Origin: Candidatus Methanoperedenaceae archaeon
Lineage (GTDB): Archaea > Halobacteriota > Methanosarcinia > Methanosarcinales > Methanoperedenaceae
Assembly (NCBI GenBank): GCA_963753595.1
Contig: CAVWCX010000034.1
Coordinates: forward strand, 1-64,000
DNA length: 64,000 nt
Direction: 5' to 3'
Shown here in pieces: positions 31,173 through 41,119 of the stretch. A model generated the notes under the pieces. It did no database searches and had not been told where the DNA came from. It was given only the letters and a program-made list of their open reading frames with translations. Position numbers and translations under genes: made by a program. The stretch's first letter is position 1; every line of letters begins with the position of its first letter.

Positions 31173-33287
31173 ATGGCAGCTTTAATTGAGATAAGGGATT
31201 TGAGTATAAGTGCTAATGGTAAGCAGATTCTCAAGAACATAAACCTGGATATTAATGAAGGCGATAGCATCGGTATAATTGGAAAGAGCGGTTCAGGAAA
31301 AAGTACTCTTTTACATTTGCTCCGGGGTTTTGAGGAATTTGAAGATATTTCTGGTAAGGTCATTTTTAACATTTCCTTGTGTCCCAAATGCGGTAAAGTA
31401 AATCCTCCAGGTAATGCAGGCAAAGCGTGCTTAAAATGTGACATAAAAACAGAGTTGAAAAGGGTGAATTATTTTAATTCGAAGGACATGCACAGAAAAA
31501 TCATGGACAGGACTGCTATCATGATGCAGCGAACCTTTGGATTATATGGCGATGAGACAGTTCTAGAGAATATCATTCACAGCTTTGAATATTCTGATAT
31601 TCCAAAAGAAAAACGTCCCTATGCTGCAGCAGAATTTATAGAAAAGATGAAGCTCAGCCACAGAATGACTTACACCGGGAAAGAACTCAGCGGGGGAGAG
31701 AAACAGCGCGTAGTGCTGGCAAGGCAGCTTGCGAAATACCCGATGCTTTTGCTTGCAGATGAACCAACCGGGACACTTGATCCAAGAACTGCAAAGCTTG
31801 TGCATGATAGTATATTAAAAGCAAAACAGGAACACAACATGACTATGCTTGTTACTTCACATCTGCCTGGCGTTTTACATGACCTGACAAACAAAGTGAT
31901 TCTTTTAGATAAAGGAGAAATTATAGAAATAGGAAAACCAGATGAGATCATTGAAAAGTTCTCTGCAATGACAGGGGTGGTTAATGAGGGCAAAGCAGTT
32001 TTCGGTGAACCAATCATTATTATTAAGGATTTGAAGAAAAAATATTACTCTTATTCAAAAGGCATGATCCCTGCCGTAAATGGCGTGAACTTTGAAGTCA
32101 CCGAAGGAGAAATTTTCGGTATACTGGGTATAAGCGGAGCAGGTAAAACAACACTCTCTAAGATCATAGCAGGTATTATGGAGAGAGACAGCGGTAAAGT
32201 GGATGTAAGAATAGGGGATATATGGGTTGATATGACCGAGAAAGGAACAGATTTCAGGGGGCGCGCAAAACCGCATATAGGTTACTTGCATCAGGAATAT
32301 TCCCTTTACCCTCACAGGAATGTATTATCTAATCTGACCGAGTCGATAGGTTTAAAATTTGAGCCTGAATTCGCAAGAAGAAAAGCGATTGCTTCATTGA
32401 AAGCAGTGGGCTTTGATGAAAATACAGCACGCGATATCCTGGAGAAGACATCATATGAACTCAGTGTTGGAGAACGTCAGAGGGTGACAATGGCGCAGGT
32501 TCTCATAAGAGAACCGGGGATTATTATTTTTGACGAGCCAACGGGAACAATGGACCAGATCACAAAGAACGAGGTTGCAAACTCGATCCTCACAGCAAGA
32601 AAAGAAACGGGGACGACATTTGTTATAGTTTCTCATGACATGGAATTTGTCAGGAATGTTTGCGACCGCACTGCGCATATGAAGCTTGGCAAAATAACAG
32701 CGATGGGAGATGCCGGTTCGGTGCTTGAAGAAATTAAGATCGAAGAAAAAGCAGACAGGGAAAAGACCAATGAAGACAGAAATAACGACCTGGAAAGATT
32801 TCTTAAAAGAGCACAGCGGTGCGCAGATCTAAATGTTTTATCAGATGTTGATTTTTATGTATCAAAGGCAAAGCAGACTGCCGTAAAACTCAACACTGAT
32901 ATTAGCGGTGAGCTCGAAATGCTGAAGCCAGCATATGAAAAAGGAATCTCAGAAATACTTAAAGAAGCGGAAAAATATGCATCAGAAGGGCAAATCTATG
33001 GAATGCATGTGTATATAGAAAACGCGATAAATTATGCATCTAAAGCAGGTATCGATATTTCAGGGGAGCTTGTGAAATTTATGCATGCGTATGAGGAAGG
33101 TCTCAAAGAGGCTTTGCAGGAAGCCCAAAAGCATGAAGCTGAAGGTTTCCTGGGCATGTCATATCAATATATTCATAGAGCGGGCAATTATGCAGAAAAG
33201 CTTGGAAAAAACATAGAAGATATCTTAAAATCATTACCTTGGTATGAGAAATGGACACTGACAGATATTCACATGAAATTGAGGTGA
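31173..33287 (+). CDS. atwA: MCR component A2 (AtwA)-like double ABC ATPase with about 170-aa C-terminal helical-repeat extension
   Basis: Two ABC domains, CPKC...CLKC insert, IMMQRTFGLY, DVRIGDIWVDMT, GRAKPHIGYLHQEYSLYPHR, DEPTGTMD: all AtwA-like. Confidence 0.85.
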   Translation: MAALIEIRDLSISANGKQILKNINLDINEGDSIGIIGKSGSGKSTLLHLLRGFEEFEDISGKVIFNISLCPKCGKVNPPGNAGKACLKCDIKTELKRVNYFNSKDMHRKIMDRTAIMMQRTFGLYGDETVLENIIHSFEYSDIPKEKRPYAAAEFIEKMKLSHRMTYTGKELSGGEKQRVVLARQLAKYPMLLLADEPTGTLDPRTAKLVHDSILKAKQEHNMTMLVTSHLPGVLHDLTNKVILLDKGEIIEIGKPDEIIEKFSAMTGVVNEGKAVFGEPIIIIKDLKKKYYSYSKGMIPAVNGVNFEVTEGEIFGILGISGAGKTTLSKIIAGIMERDSGKVDVRIGDIWVDMTEKGTDFRGRAKPHIGYLHQEYSLYPHRNVLSNLTESIGLKFEPEFARRKAIASLKAVGFDENTARDILEKTSYELSVGERQRVTMAQVLIREPGIIIFDEPTGTMDQITKNEVANSILTARKETGTTFVIVSHDMEFVRNVCDRTAHMKLGKITAMGDAGSVLEEIKIEEKADREKTNEDRNNDLERFLKRAQRCADLNVLSDVDFYVSKAKQTAVKLNTDISGELEMLKPAYEKGISEILKEAEKYASEGQIYGMHVYIENAINYASKAGIDISGELVKFMHAYEEGLKEALQEAQKHEAEGFLGMSYQYIHRAGNYAEKLGKNIEDILKSLPWYEKWTLTDIHMKLR

Positions 33288-33292
33288 AAAAT

Positions 33293-33460
33293 ATGTGCAT
33301 GGTCGGAGATGTGCCTGAATTCGATATAGAAAAAATAGAAATGGATTTGAAAGAATACGTTTGCCTGGATTGCGAAAATAAATTTAAGGGACTGGGGAAA
33401 AGCGTTATCTGTCCAGCCTGCAAATCCAGTAACATTGAAACGGTGAGTGCAGAGAAATGA
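33293..33460 (+). CDS. Small zinc-ribbon protein
   Basis: YVCLDCENKF...CPACKSSN; ATG after GAGGTGA RBS. Confidence 0.8.
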   Translation: MCMVGDVPEFDIEKIEMDLKEYVCLDCENKFKGLGKSVICPACKSSNIETVSAEK

Positions 33461-33984
33461 AAGATAGTTGCTGTGAGATTGATAATGCTGCATCCCGGCA
33501 CTCCTGCTGCGATATTAAAGCGGGTGAAGATACCGCTATATGCAAAGAATGTGGCAACAAAGGGCATGCTGTTGGGGAAATAACACTGAAAAACCTTGTT
33601 AAAGAACCAGTGCTTGAAGCTATCAAGAGCCGGGATGGAATTTATTATTGTGAAACACCTACCTGCGGGGTTGTTTATTTCAATAATGAGCAACAGGCCT
33701 ATTTGCATAAAGAAGATGTGAAAGTCAGGGTTGGCATTAAAGAAACAGAAAGCTCCATCCCTGTATGTTATTGTTTTGGATGGACGCAGGAGAGGATTTT
33801 TGAACAAATTAAGCAGCAGGGAAAAAGTACTGCTGTCAAAGAAATCAGCGCCAGAGTAAAATCCGGGGAATGCGAATGCGAGAAAAAAAATCCTTCCGGA
33901 AGATGCTGCCTTGGTAATATCTATAAAGTGATTAGAATAGGAATGGAACTATACGGTAAAACCAGTAAAAAGAGTAAGCATTAA
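33457..33984 (+). CDS. CopZ-N-terminal-like Zn/[2Fe-2S] metallochaperone
   Basis: CKEC, YYCETPTCGVVYF, PVCYCF, CECEKKNPSGRCC; no HMA domain. Confidence 0.85.
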   Translation: MKDSCCEIDNAASRHSCCDIKAGEDTAICKECGNKGHAVGEITLKNLVKEPVLEAIKSRDGIYYCETPTCGVVYFNNEQQAYLHKEDVKVRVGIKETESSIPVCYCFGWTQERIFEQIKQQGKSTAVKEISARVKSGECECEKKNPSGRCCLGNIYKVIRIGMELYGKTSKKSKH

Positions 33985-34040
33985 CCACTTCATGCCACTA
34001 CATTGATAGTAAATAACAGTATCTTACCCAAAAACTATAT

Positions 34041-34056
34041 ATGAACATATGTTCAT
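34041..34056. promoter_or_regulatory. Perfect palindromic operator
   Basis: ATGAACATATGTTCAT next to a TATATA box upstream of the SEC-C peptide. Confidence 0.7.
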
Positions 34057-34091
34057 GTGATATAATACCTTTAATAAAAGGAGAATAAACA

Positions 34092-34202
34092 ATGAATGAG
34101 AAACCTTTTGAAAAGAAAAAGAGACCAAATCAAATTGATCCATGCCCATGCGGCTCGGGAAAGAAGTATAAGGACTGCTGTGGCAAAGTAAGCTGCTGTT
34201 AA
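34092..34202 (+). CDS. 36-aa stand-alone SEC-C motif peptide (not in ORF track)
   Basis: MNEKPFEKKKRPNQIDPCPCGSGKKYKDCCGKVSCC; AGGAG RBS. Confidence 0.8.
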   Translation: MNEKPFEKKKRPNQIDPCPCGSGKKYKDCCGKVSCC

Positions 34203-34290
34203 AAAATGAGCTGCTGCGCTGAATGAGGCAGGTAAATCACAAATGCTATACCCCAAACATAAGATTATCAGATATTGACCCGAAAAAAGT

Positions 34291-36426
34291 TCATTTAAAC
34301 ACTGCCAGCCGCATCGCATTCACTATCACAAGTAGAGACAGGCCCATATCTCCAAATGCAACAGCCATCCACAGCGTCACAATGCCTGGAAATGCAAGAA
34401 CAGCAAAGCTTCCTTTTACTGCGATTGAAGTAAAGATGTTCTGCTTAACTATCCCAAATGTCTTTTTGCTAAGCTCAAATAAATAAGGAATCTTTGATAT
34501 ATCATCATGCATTAACGCTATATCGGCGGTCTCAAGGGCAACATCGCTGCCGATTGCTCCCATCGCAATGCCAACACTTGACTTTGCCAGCGCAGGTGCA
34601 TCGTTCACTCCGTCACCTACCATAACTACCTTACCGTATTTCTGGTTCAGTTCCTCGATCATCCTGACCTTATCTTCTGGAAGAAGATTTGAATGGTATT
34701 CATCAATCTCAAGCTTATTAGCTATCGTATTTGCAATTCTATCATTGTCTCCTGTCAGCATCACCACACGCATGTCCTTTTTCTTTAACAAGCGTATGGT
34801 TTCAGGCGCAGCGTCCCTGACTTTATCCATTATTGCAATAATTCCCATACATTCCTGGTTCCCTACAAGTATTGTTGTCTTCCCTTCCTCTTCAAGCTCC
34901 TTGACTTTTGCCTGCGAAAAAGGGATCGATAGCTCAGAAAACATCGCAGGACTGCCGATATAATAGGTCTTACCGTTTATGTTTCCTTTTAAGCCCTTGC
35001 CTGGAATCGCCTTAAATTCGCTGGCAGATTTTAAACTCATGCCACCGGATTCAGCTTTCGCAACAACTGCCCTTGCAAGAGGATGCCCGGATAACGACTC
35101 TACGGATGCGGCTATCTCCAATATTTCGTTAGCTGAATAATTATTAACCTCCATCACATCTGTCACCACAGGTCTTCCCTCTGTCAGGGTGCCTGTCTTA
35201 TCAAAAACAAAAACTTTTGCCTTCGCCATCTCCTCTATGTAATTTCCGCCTTTTATCAAGACCCCGTTCTTTGCAGCGCCTGTTATTCCCGATATCATGG
35301 ATACAGGCGTAGAAATTGCAAGGGCGCAGGGGCAGGAAATCACCAAAAGAACCAGGGCTTTATAAAGCCATTCATCAAAAGGCTTACCGAAAACAAGGCT
35401 TGGAACAACCGCCACACTCACTGCCAGGAAGATTACTGTCGGGGTATAATATCTGGCAAATTTATCCACAAATTTCTCAGTCGGGGATTTTTTCCGTTCA
35501 GCCTCCTCAACCAGCCTGACGATTTTTGAAACTACTGTATCTTCAGACCTTTTTGTGACTATTATTTCAAGATAGCCGTGTTCATTCAGCGTTCCTGCAT
35601 AGACTGAATCTCCTATCTTTTTATGGACTGGCATTGATTCTCCGGTGATAGCTGCCTGATTTACACTCGATTCCCCGCTAATCACAGTACCGTCAAGAGG
35701 TATCTTCTCACCCGGTCTGACAACTGTAATATCATTGATATTCACATCATGAACATGTACATTGACCTCTTTTCCGTCCCTTCTTACTATGGCAGTCTCA
35801 GGCGCAAGCTTAACAAGTGCCCCGATGGAGTTCCTCGCCCTTTCGCCTGCATACTCTTCTAAAAACTCGGCAATGAAAAACAGATAAAGTACAGAAGCTC
35901 CCTCTTCCCCGTAGCCAATGGAGAAAGCACCAATGGCAGCAATTGTCATCAGGAAATTCATATCAAGGCGTTTTTTAAGAAGAGAAGATATGCCCTTTTT
36001 AGCTATGCTGTATCCAGAAACTATTCCTGCGAAAAGAAAGAGAATGTGAGATAATGTTGTTGTTCCCGTTGCGTATTCTATGGAAAGCCCAAGAACCAAT
36101 AACACGGACGAAAGTGCTATAATACGTATTTTCCGTTGTTTCCAGAGAGGAAGTTTTTCCTCAAAAATATCGGTTGAACATGAGGAACAGCTTCCTTCAT
36201 GCTTTTCTTCTTCAAGAAGGGTATATCCTGCTTTTTCAATCGCTTCTCTGATTTCTGATGTGTTGGTGTGGGACGGGTCGTACTTTATCGCTGCTTTTCC
36301 AGTAATGAAATCCACGTTTATGTCAGCGATACCGTTCAGTTTCCTGATCGCATTTTCTACGTTCATACTGCAGGAAGGGCAGTCCATGCCTTTGATTTCT
36401 AATTCAAAGTCCTTTATCTCAACCAT
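34291..36426 (-). CDS. cadA: Zn/Cd/Pb-type P1B ATPase (CadA/ZntA)
   Basis: GMDCPSC HMA, SCPCAL, DKTGT, late K and GDMG residues of the P1B-2 class. Confidence 0.9.
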   Translation of the reverse strand: MVEIKDFELEIKGMDCPSCSMNVENAIRKLNGIADINVDFITGKAAIKYDPSHTNTSEIREAIEKAGYTLLEEEKHEGSCSSCSTDIFEEKLPLWKQRKIRIIALSSVLLVLGLSIEYATGTTTLSHILFLFAGIVSGYSIAKKGISSLLKKRLDMNFLMTIAAIGAFSIGYGEEGASVLYLFFIAEFLEEYAGERARNSIGALVKLAPETAIVRRDGKEVNVHVHDVNINDITVVRPGEKIPLDGTVISGESSVNQAAITGESMPVHKKIGDSVYAGTLNEHGYLEIIVTKRSEDTVVSKIVRLVEEAERKKSPTEKFVDKFARYYTPTVIFLAVSVAVVPSLVFGKPFDEWLYKALVLLVISCPCALAISTPVSMISGITGAAKNGVLIKGGNYIEEMAKAKVFVFDKTGTLTEGRPVVTDVMEVNNYSANEILEIAASVESLSGHPLARAVVAKAESGGMSLKSASEFKAIPGKGLKGNINGKTYYIGSPAMFSELSIPFSQAKVKELEEEGKTTILVGNQECMGIIAIMDKVRDAAPETIRLLKKKDMRVVMLTGDNDRIANTIANKLEIDEYHSNLLPEDKVRMIEELNQKYGKVVMVGDGVNDAPALAKSSVGIAMGAIGSDVALETADIALMHDDISKIPYLFELSKKTFGIVKQNIFTSIAVKGSFAVLAFPGIVTLWMAVAFGDMGLSLLVIVNAMRLAVFK

Positions 36427-36490
36427 GCAGACCTGTATTACATCCTTTTAAAAGTAAGTTGCTAAGAAACTGGCTGAAAGTTAATAAAAA

Positions 36491-36868
36491 TCAGACGGAA
36501 CAGCGGCAGATCACAACATCTTTTATTGCAGATATGCGCTCTACAAACTGTTTGATGCTGTCATTATCTCCCTGAAGGATTACCCACTCAGCGCACCTGT
36601 CGCCAAAATGAGTGTGGGTTGCAGATTTTACAATATTTTTAAATTCATGGATAATGTTGTGTACTGGCTGTTCTCTTTTATCGTCATAAACAATAGTCGC
36701 GATGAACGGAGTGCTGCTATCAATATGCTCTATCCACTTATTCTGGGCAACGAATCTATGAAGGGCTTCACGGACTGCATCCGAACGGCTGGAAAAGCCC
36801 ATTTTATTCGTGATATTATCGAATTCCTTCAGTTCAGAACCTGAAAGTGATATGCTTATAACTACCAT
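36491..36868 (-). CDS. nikR: NikR-family regulator
   Basis: RHH N-terminus (ISISL...GFSSRSDAVREAL); H...HTH...C nickel ligands. Confidence 0.85.
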   Translation of the reverse strand: MVVISISLSGSELKEFDNITNKMGFSSRSDAVREALHRFVAQNKWIEHIDSSTPFIATIVYDDKREQPVHNIIHEFKNIVKSATHTHFGDRCAEWVILQGDNDSIKQFVERISAIKDVVICRCSV

Positions 36869-36979
36869 GGAATACTCAGTAGCACTTGATTAACTTATAC
36901 TTTTGTAAACGTCTTAATATTTACATTTTAATTTGTTATAAACATAACATTTAAATATAAAACAATTGTTCTATGATAT

Positions 36980-37516
36980 ATGAAATGGATATTACTGATA
37001 ATCAAATCAATAAATGTTTCATCAAGGGACAGGATGTTCATCTGGAGGAATATTAAGAATACCGGTGCAGTTTCATTATCCCATTCTGTTTATTTATTAC
37101 AGGATTCGGAAGATAATAGGGCTACAGCATCGAATATTTCCAGGATAGTGCATGAGAGAAAGGGCGAAGTAATACAATTTTTTGCGGATGCTTTTAATAA
37201 AGAGCAGGAACAAAAACTGAATAAACTGATCGCGGAAGAAATTGTATCAGAGATTAAGGGATTTTCTAACGAATGTGAAGACTTTATTGCAGATGTAACC
37301 AAAAGAATTTCAAATAAAAAATTCAAGGTCTTTGAATTGGAAGAATTGAATGAAGACCTCCATAAGCTTGATAAGTGGAGAATAAAGCTTGTCCAGAAGC
37401 ATAAACTTGATCCGGATAAAATCGAAATTTTAAGTAATGAAATAAGAGGATGTAAAGAAAAATTAAATGAATTCGAAGAGAAAGTCCTCCAAAAAAGCGA
37501 CATTATAGGTCAGTAG
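36980..37516 (+). CDS. ChrB N-terminal domain-like protein
   Basis: WILLII...SRDRMFIWRNIKNTGAVSLSHSVYLL; ELEELNEDLHKLDKW. Confidence 0.75.
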   Translation: MKWILLIIKSINVSSRDRMFIWRNIKNTGAVSLSHSVYLLQDSEDNRATASNISRIVHERKGEVIQFFADAFNKEQEQKLNKLIAEEIVSEIKGFSNECEDFIADVTKRISNKKFKVFELEELNEDLHKLDKWRIKLVQKHKLDPDKIEILSNEIRGCKEKLNEFEEKVLQKSDIIGQ

Positions 37517-37523
37517 ACAGTTT

Positions 37524-38456
37524 ATGCTCTATGATTCTTTTTATCTGTCACTTGATTACCTTTTTACCATAATTCCGGTAATGGTGATAGGAGTTGTAGC
37601 AGCCGAATTTTTAGTAGAGATAGGCTGGGTTCACAAAATAGGTTTTATAGTTTCACCAATGACCAGGTTTGCACACCTGCGCGAGGAATGCAGCATAAGT
37701 TTCATCACCGCATTCGGCTCTCCGGCGGCTTCTAATTCGATGATCAAAAAATTATATGATGATGGATTGGTTGAAAGAAAAGAAGTGATAGTAGCCTCCC
37801 TTATAAATTCATTTCCATCCATTATAATGCACTGGAGAACGCTATTGCCTGTTTTTATTCCTATTCTTGGTATGGCAGGTATGATATACCTTGGAATACT
37901 GACGGCTGTCGGGCTTTTAAGAACGTTCATCACTCTTTTGATAGGACATTTTTTACTGGATGAAAAGCAGTATGGCCTGAATAATAATGTTCATCAGCCT
38001 GCTTCATTTTTAAATGCGTTTAGAACCAGTATAAAAAAATCTAAAAATACGATATTCAGGATCACCACCACGACTATCCCGGTCACAGTACTTGTTTTTG
38101 CTTTGATCGACGCAGGATTTTTTGATGTACTGGCTGCTTTTTTAAAAGAGCATGCCGTTTTTGTACCTGTGCCGGGTGAAGCGCTTCCGATAATAGCTGC
38201 ACAATTTACAGCCAACATTGCAGCTTATACCATAGCCGGGAACCTGTTATCAGCAGGTATTCTTAACACCAGAGAAATAGTGCTATCCTTACTGATTGGA
38301 AAGATTCTTTCAAGCATTGTGAGTATAAGATTCCTTATTCCGTATTATGTGGGAATATTCGGTTCAAAGCTCGGGACACAGATAATGATATACTCTACAC
38401 TACTAAGAGAAGGCATCCTGGTCGTTGCCACTGTTATTCTGGCGCTTTCCTGGTGA
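37524..38456 (+). CDS. Nucleoside-recognition (gate) domain membrane protein
   Basis: SFITAFGSPAASNSM, LINSFP, multi-TM. Confidence 0.8.
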   Translation: MLYDSFYLSLDYLFTIIPVMVIGVVAAEFLVEIGWVHKIGFIVSPMTRFAHLREECSISFITAFGSPAASNSMIKKLYDDGLVERKEVIVASLINSFPSIIMHWRTLLPVFIPILGMAGMIYLGILTAVGLLRTFITLLIGHFLLDEKQYGLNNNVHQPASFLNAFRTSIKKSKNTIFRITTTTIPVTVLVFALIDAGFFDVLAAFLKEHAVFVPVPGEALPIIAAQFTANIAAYTIAGNLLSAGILNTREIVLSLLIGKILSSIVSIRFLIPYYVGIFGSKLGTQIMIYSTLLREGILVVATVILALSW

Positions 38457-38462
38457 TTGTTA

Positions 38463-38523
38463 TTCGGTTAACCGAAATATTTAATAACTACTATTGCATT
38501 ATAAAACATTAGGTAACCCTAAT
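38463..38523. promoter_or_regulatory. Two DtxR/IdeR-like boxes flanking the FTR1 promoter
   Basis: TTCGGTTAACCGAA (38463-38476) and ATTAGGTAACCCTAAT (38508-38523), similar to the DtxR TTAGGTTAxCCTAA core. Confidence 0.7.
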
Positions 38524-38535
38524 AAAGGTGAGATA

Positions 38536-39837
38536 ATGTTTGAAACACTGACAATTACTTTAAGAGAAGGAATAGAAGCGGCGCTTGTAATTGGTATAAT
38601 ACTTGCATACCTTGGCAAGACCAATAAAAAGGCGCTGAAGAAATATGTATATGCAGGAATTATTGCAGCAGTAGCAGGAAGCGTCGCAACCGCCATTGCA
38701 ATACAGATGCTCCTGGCAGAATGGAGCGAGTTCATGGAGGGCTTGATGTTCTTCATAGCGGCATTCTTCCTTGCAACAATGCTTGTATGGATGCACCGTA
38801 CTTCGAAACACATCAGGCAGGATGTAGAGCAGGGCATTGAAAGTGCCTTCGATAAATCGCAGGCGCTCGGAGTCCTGGCGCTTACATTCTTCATGATATA
38901 CAGGGAAGGCGCAGAAATAGTATTGTTCCTGTCTGCAACAGCAAAAGAAGCAAGTGCTGCTACTGCGCTTGAGGGCGCCACAGGTCTGGCATTGGCTGTG
39001 CTATTTGGTTATCTGTTCATCAAAGGCAGCCTCAAGATGGACCTTGGGAAGTTCTTCAAGATAACAGGCGCGATGCTTGCCGTAATAATCTTCCAATTGA
39101 TAATCGGCGGTATCCATGAGTGGTCGGAAGTAGGAATTATAAACCTGAGCCAGACCGGAATGAGTATAATAGGTCCCCTGGTGAAGGAGTCGGCATCCAT
39201 TCTATTCACAGGAATAATGCTTGGTTTCCTTGTGCTGTTATTTGTGATGGTACCGTGGAAGCAGATTAAAATTGAGGGTATTGAAGGCATTGAAAAAAGA
39301 AAAGCGCTCGGTGCCATGCGTAAAGAGAAAAACAGGAAAATCACAGTGGGCATAGTAGCAGCATTTTTAATATTTGCTTTCGTGAGCGCCCAGATATCGG
39401 CGCTGCCGGCTGGAGTAGACCCAAAGCCTGAAAAAGTGAGCACAGCAGGAGGCGTGATAAAGATCCCCGCAGCAAGCGCATCTGACGGAAATTTGCATAA
39501 ATACGTTTGTGACATGCAGCACGCTGCGGGTGAAGCCTGCCCAATGCATGGAAGTTCAGGCGAAGCCAATGTGAGGATTTTAGCAATTACAAAAAGCGAT
39601 GGAAGCGCTGCCGTAGCTTATGATGCCTGCGCCCTGTGCGGTGCAGCAGGATATGTGCAGGAGGGAGAGCAGCTCATATGCAAGCGATGCGGGGCGCCGA
39701 TTAACCCTGATACTATTGGGGAAACAGGGGGATGCAACCCCATACCCCTTAAATATACAACTGCTGGCAATGAGATCGTAATAAAAACAGACGATGCCGG
39801 AGAAAGAGCCGACCTGTTCAAAGACTCCCGTATTTAA
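38536..39837 (+). CDS. FTR1 iron permease fused to DUF2318 Fe-S domain
   Basis: REGIE and REGAE motifs; C-terminal DACALC...GY...ICKRC...GGCNPIP; start at ATG 38536. Confidence 0.9.
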   Translation: MFETLTITLREGIEAALVIGIILAYLGKTNKKALKKYVYAGIIAAVAGSVATAIAIQMLLAEWSEFMEGLMFFIAAFFLATMLVWMHRTSKHIRQDVEQGIESAFDKSQALGVLALTFFMIYREGAEIVLFLSATAKEASAATALEGATGLALAVLFGYLFIKGSLKMDLGKFFKITGAMLAVIIFQLIIGGIHEWSEVGIINLSQTGMSIIGPLVKESASILFTGIMLGFLVLLFVMVPWKQIKIEGIEGIEKRKALGAMRKEKNRKITVGIVAAFLIFAFVSAQISALPAGVDPKPEKVSTAGGVIKIPAASASDGNLHKYVCDMQHAAGEACPMHGSSGEANVRILAITKSDGSAAVAYDACALCGAAGYVQEGEQLICKRCGAPINPDTIGETGGCNPIPLKYTTAGNEIVIKTDDAGERADLFKDSRI

Positions 39838-39853
39838 ATTAGGTGAGTAATAT

Positions 39854-41119
39854 ATGTTCTCTCGTCTGCTCTTTTCGGCAATCCAGCGAAGAAAGCTAAG
39901 AATTGCCCTGGCAGTACTCGCTGTAGTAATGGGCGCATCCATTGCCTCAAGCCTTCTTACAGTATCATTTGACATCAATGATAAAATGGGAAGGGAGTTA
40001 AAAAGCTACGGCGCGAACATTCTTTTGCAGCCTTCATCCGAAGGCGCTTTCATAAATGAGAGCGAACTCTCCAAAATGAAAACAATCTTCTGGAGGCACA
40101 ATATAATAGGATATTCTCCCTACCTCAGCGACACTGTAAAAATAAAAAACACGGAAATAGTACTGAGCGGCACCTATTTTGACGAGGAGATCAGGATACC
40201 AGGGCTCAATAAGACATTTATCGGGAACAGGAAAGCACAAGAGAAAGAGGCAACTATCAGGACAGGGGTAAAGACAATAGCGCCCTGGTGGAAGGTGGAT
40301 GGGGAATGGCCTGCGCCGAAGGAAAAGCTTGTTGGGGACGCGCTTGTTGGTATCATTGCCGCTGAAAAGTCAGGGCTAAAGCAAGGAGATATTTTCAGGG
40401 CAGAGTTCGGCAGTAATAATTGGACTTTCAAAGTATCGGGTATCCTCTCCACTGGCGGGGATGAGGATGAGCAGGTGATAGTATCCCTCAGGGATGCACA
40501 GGTGCTTTTCGGGAAGCAGGGCATAGTTGACCGGGTGGTGGTCAGTGCATTAACTAAACCTGAGCCTGTGGAGGAGATAGACCCGTCCACCCTTTTGCCT
40601 GATGAATATGAAACCTGGTACTGCACTCCGTATATTTCCTCCATAATGCTCCAGATCGAAGAGGTAGTGCCCGATGCAAGCGCCAGGCCCATCAGGCAGG
40701 TTGCGGACAACGAAGGAAAACTGCTTAAGAAATTTGAATGGCTTATGTTCCTGATCACAGGAATAGCTATGACCACATCAGCTCTCGGGGTCGCAGCCGC
40801 CATGAATACCTCGATTTTCGAAAGGAAAAAAGAGATAGGGTTGATGAAAGCGATAGGTGCCGATGGAAACCAGATCGCCGGTCTTTTCTTTGCAGAGGCG
40901 GCTGTTACCGGCATCATAGGCGGGGCAATTGGAATTCTTATTGGCGTTGCACTGGCCAGGATGGTAGGCATGTGGGTATTCGGCGCTATCATAAATCCCT
41001 CCCTTTTCCCTGTATTGATCTCAGGGATACTATCGCTGGCAATTGCTCTTCTTGGCAGCATGCTGCCGGTGAAAAAAGCTGTTGAAATAGAACCATCCAT
41101 CATACTCAGGGGTGATTAA
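39854..41119 (+). CDS. ABC transporter permease (FtsX/MacB type)
   Basis: RELKSYGANI, WYCTPY, ERKKEIGLMKAIGA. Confidence 0.92.
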   Translation: MFSRLLFSAIQRRKLRIALAVLAVVMGASIASSLLTVSFDINDKMGRELKSYGANILLQPSSEGAFINESELSKMKTIFWRHNIIGYSPYLSDTVKIKNTEIVLSGTYFDEEIRIPGLNKTFIGNRKAQEKEATIRTGVKTIAPWWKVDGEWPAPKEKLVGDALVGIIAAEKSGLKQGDIFRAEFGSNNWTFKVSGILSTGGDEDEQVIVSLRDAQVLFGKQGIVDRVVVSALTKPEPVEEIDPSTLLPDEYETWYCTPYISSIMLQIEEVVPDASARPIRQVADNEGKLLKKFEWLMFLITGIAMTTSALGVAAAMNTSIFERKKEIGLMKAIGADGNQIAGLFFAEAAVTGIIGGAIGILIGVALARMVGMWVFGAIINPSLFPVLISGILSLAIALLGSMLPVKKAVEIEPSIILRGD

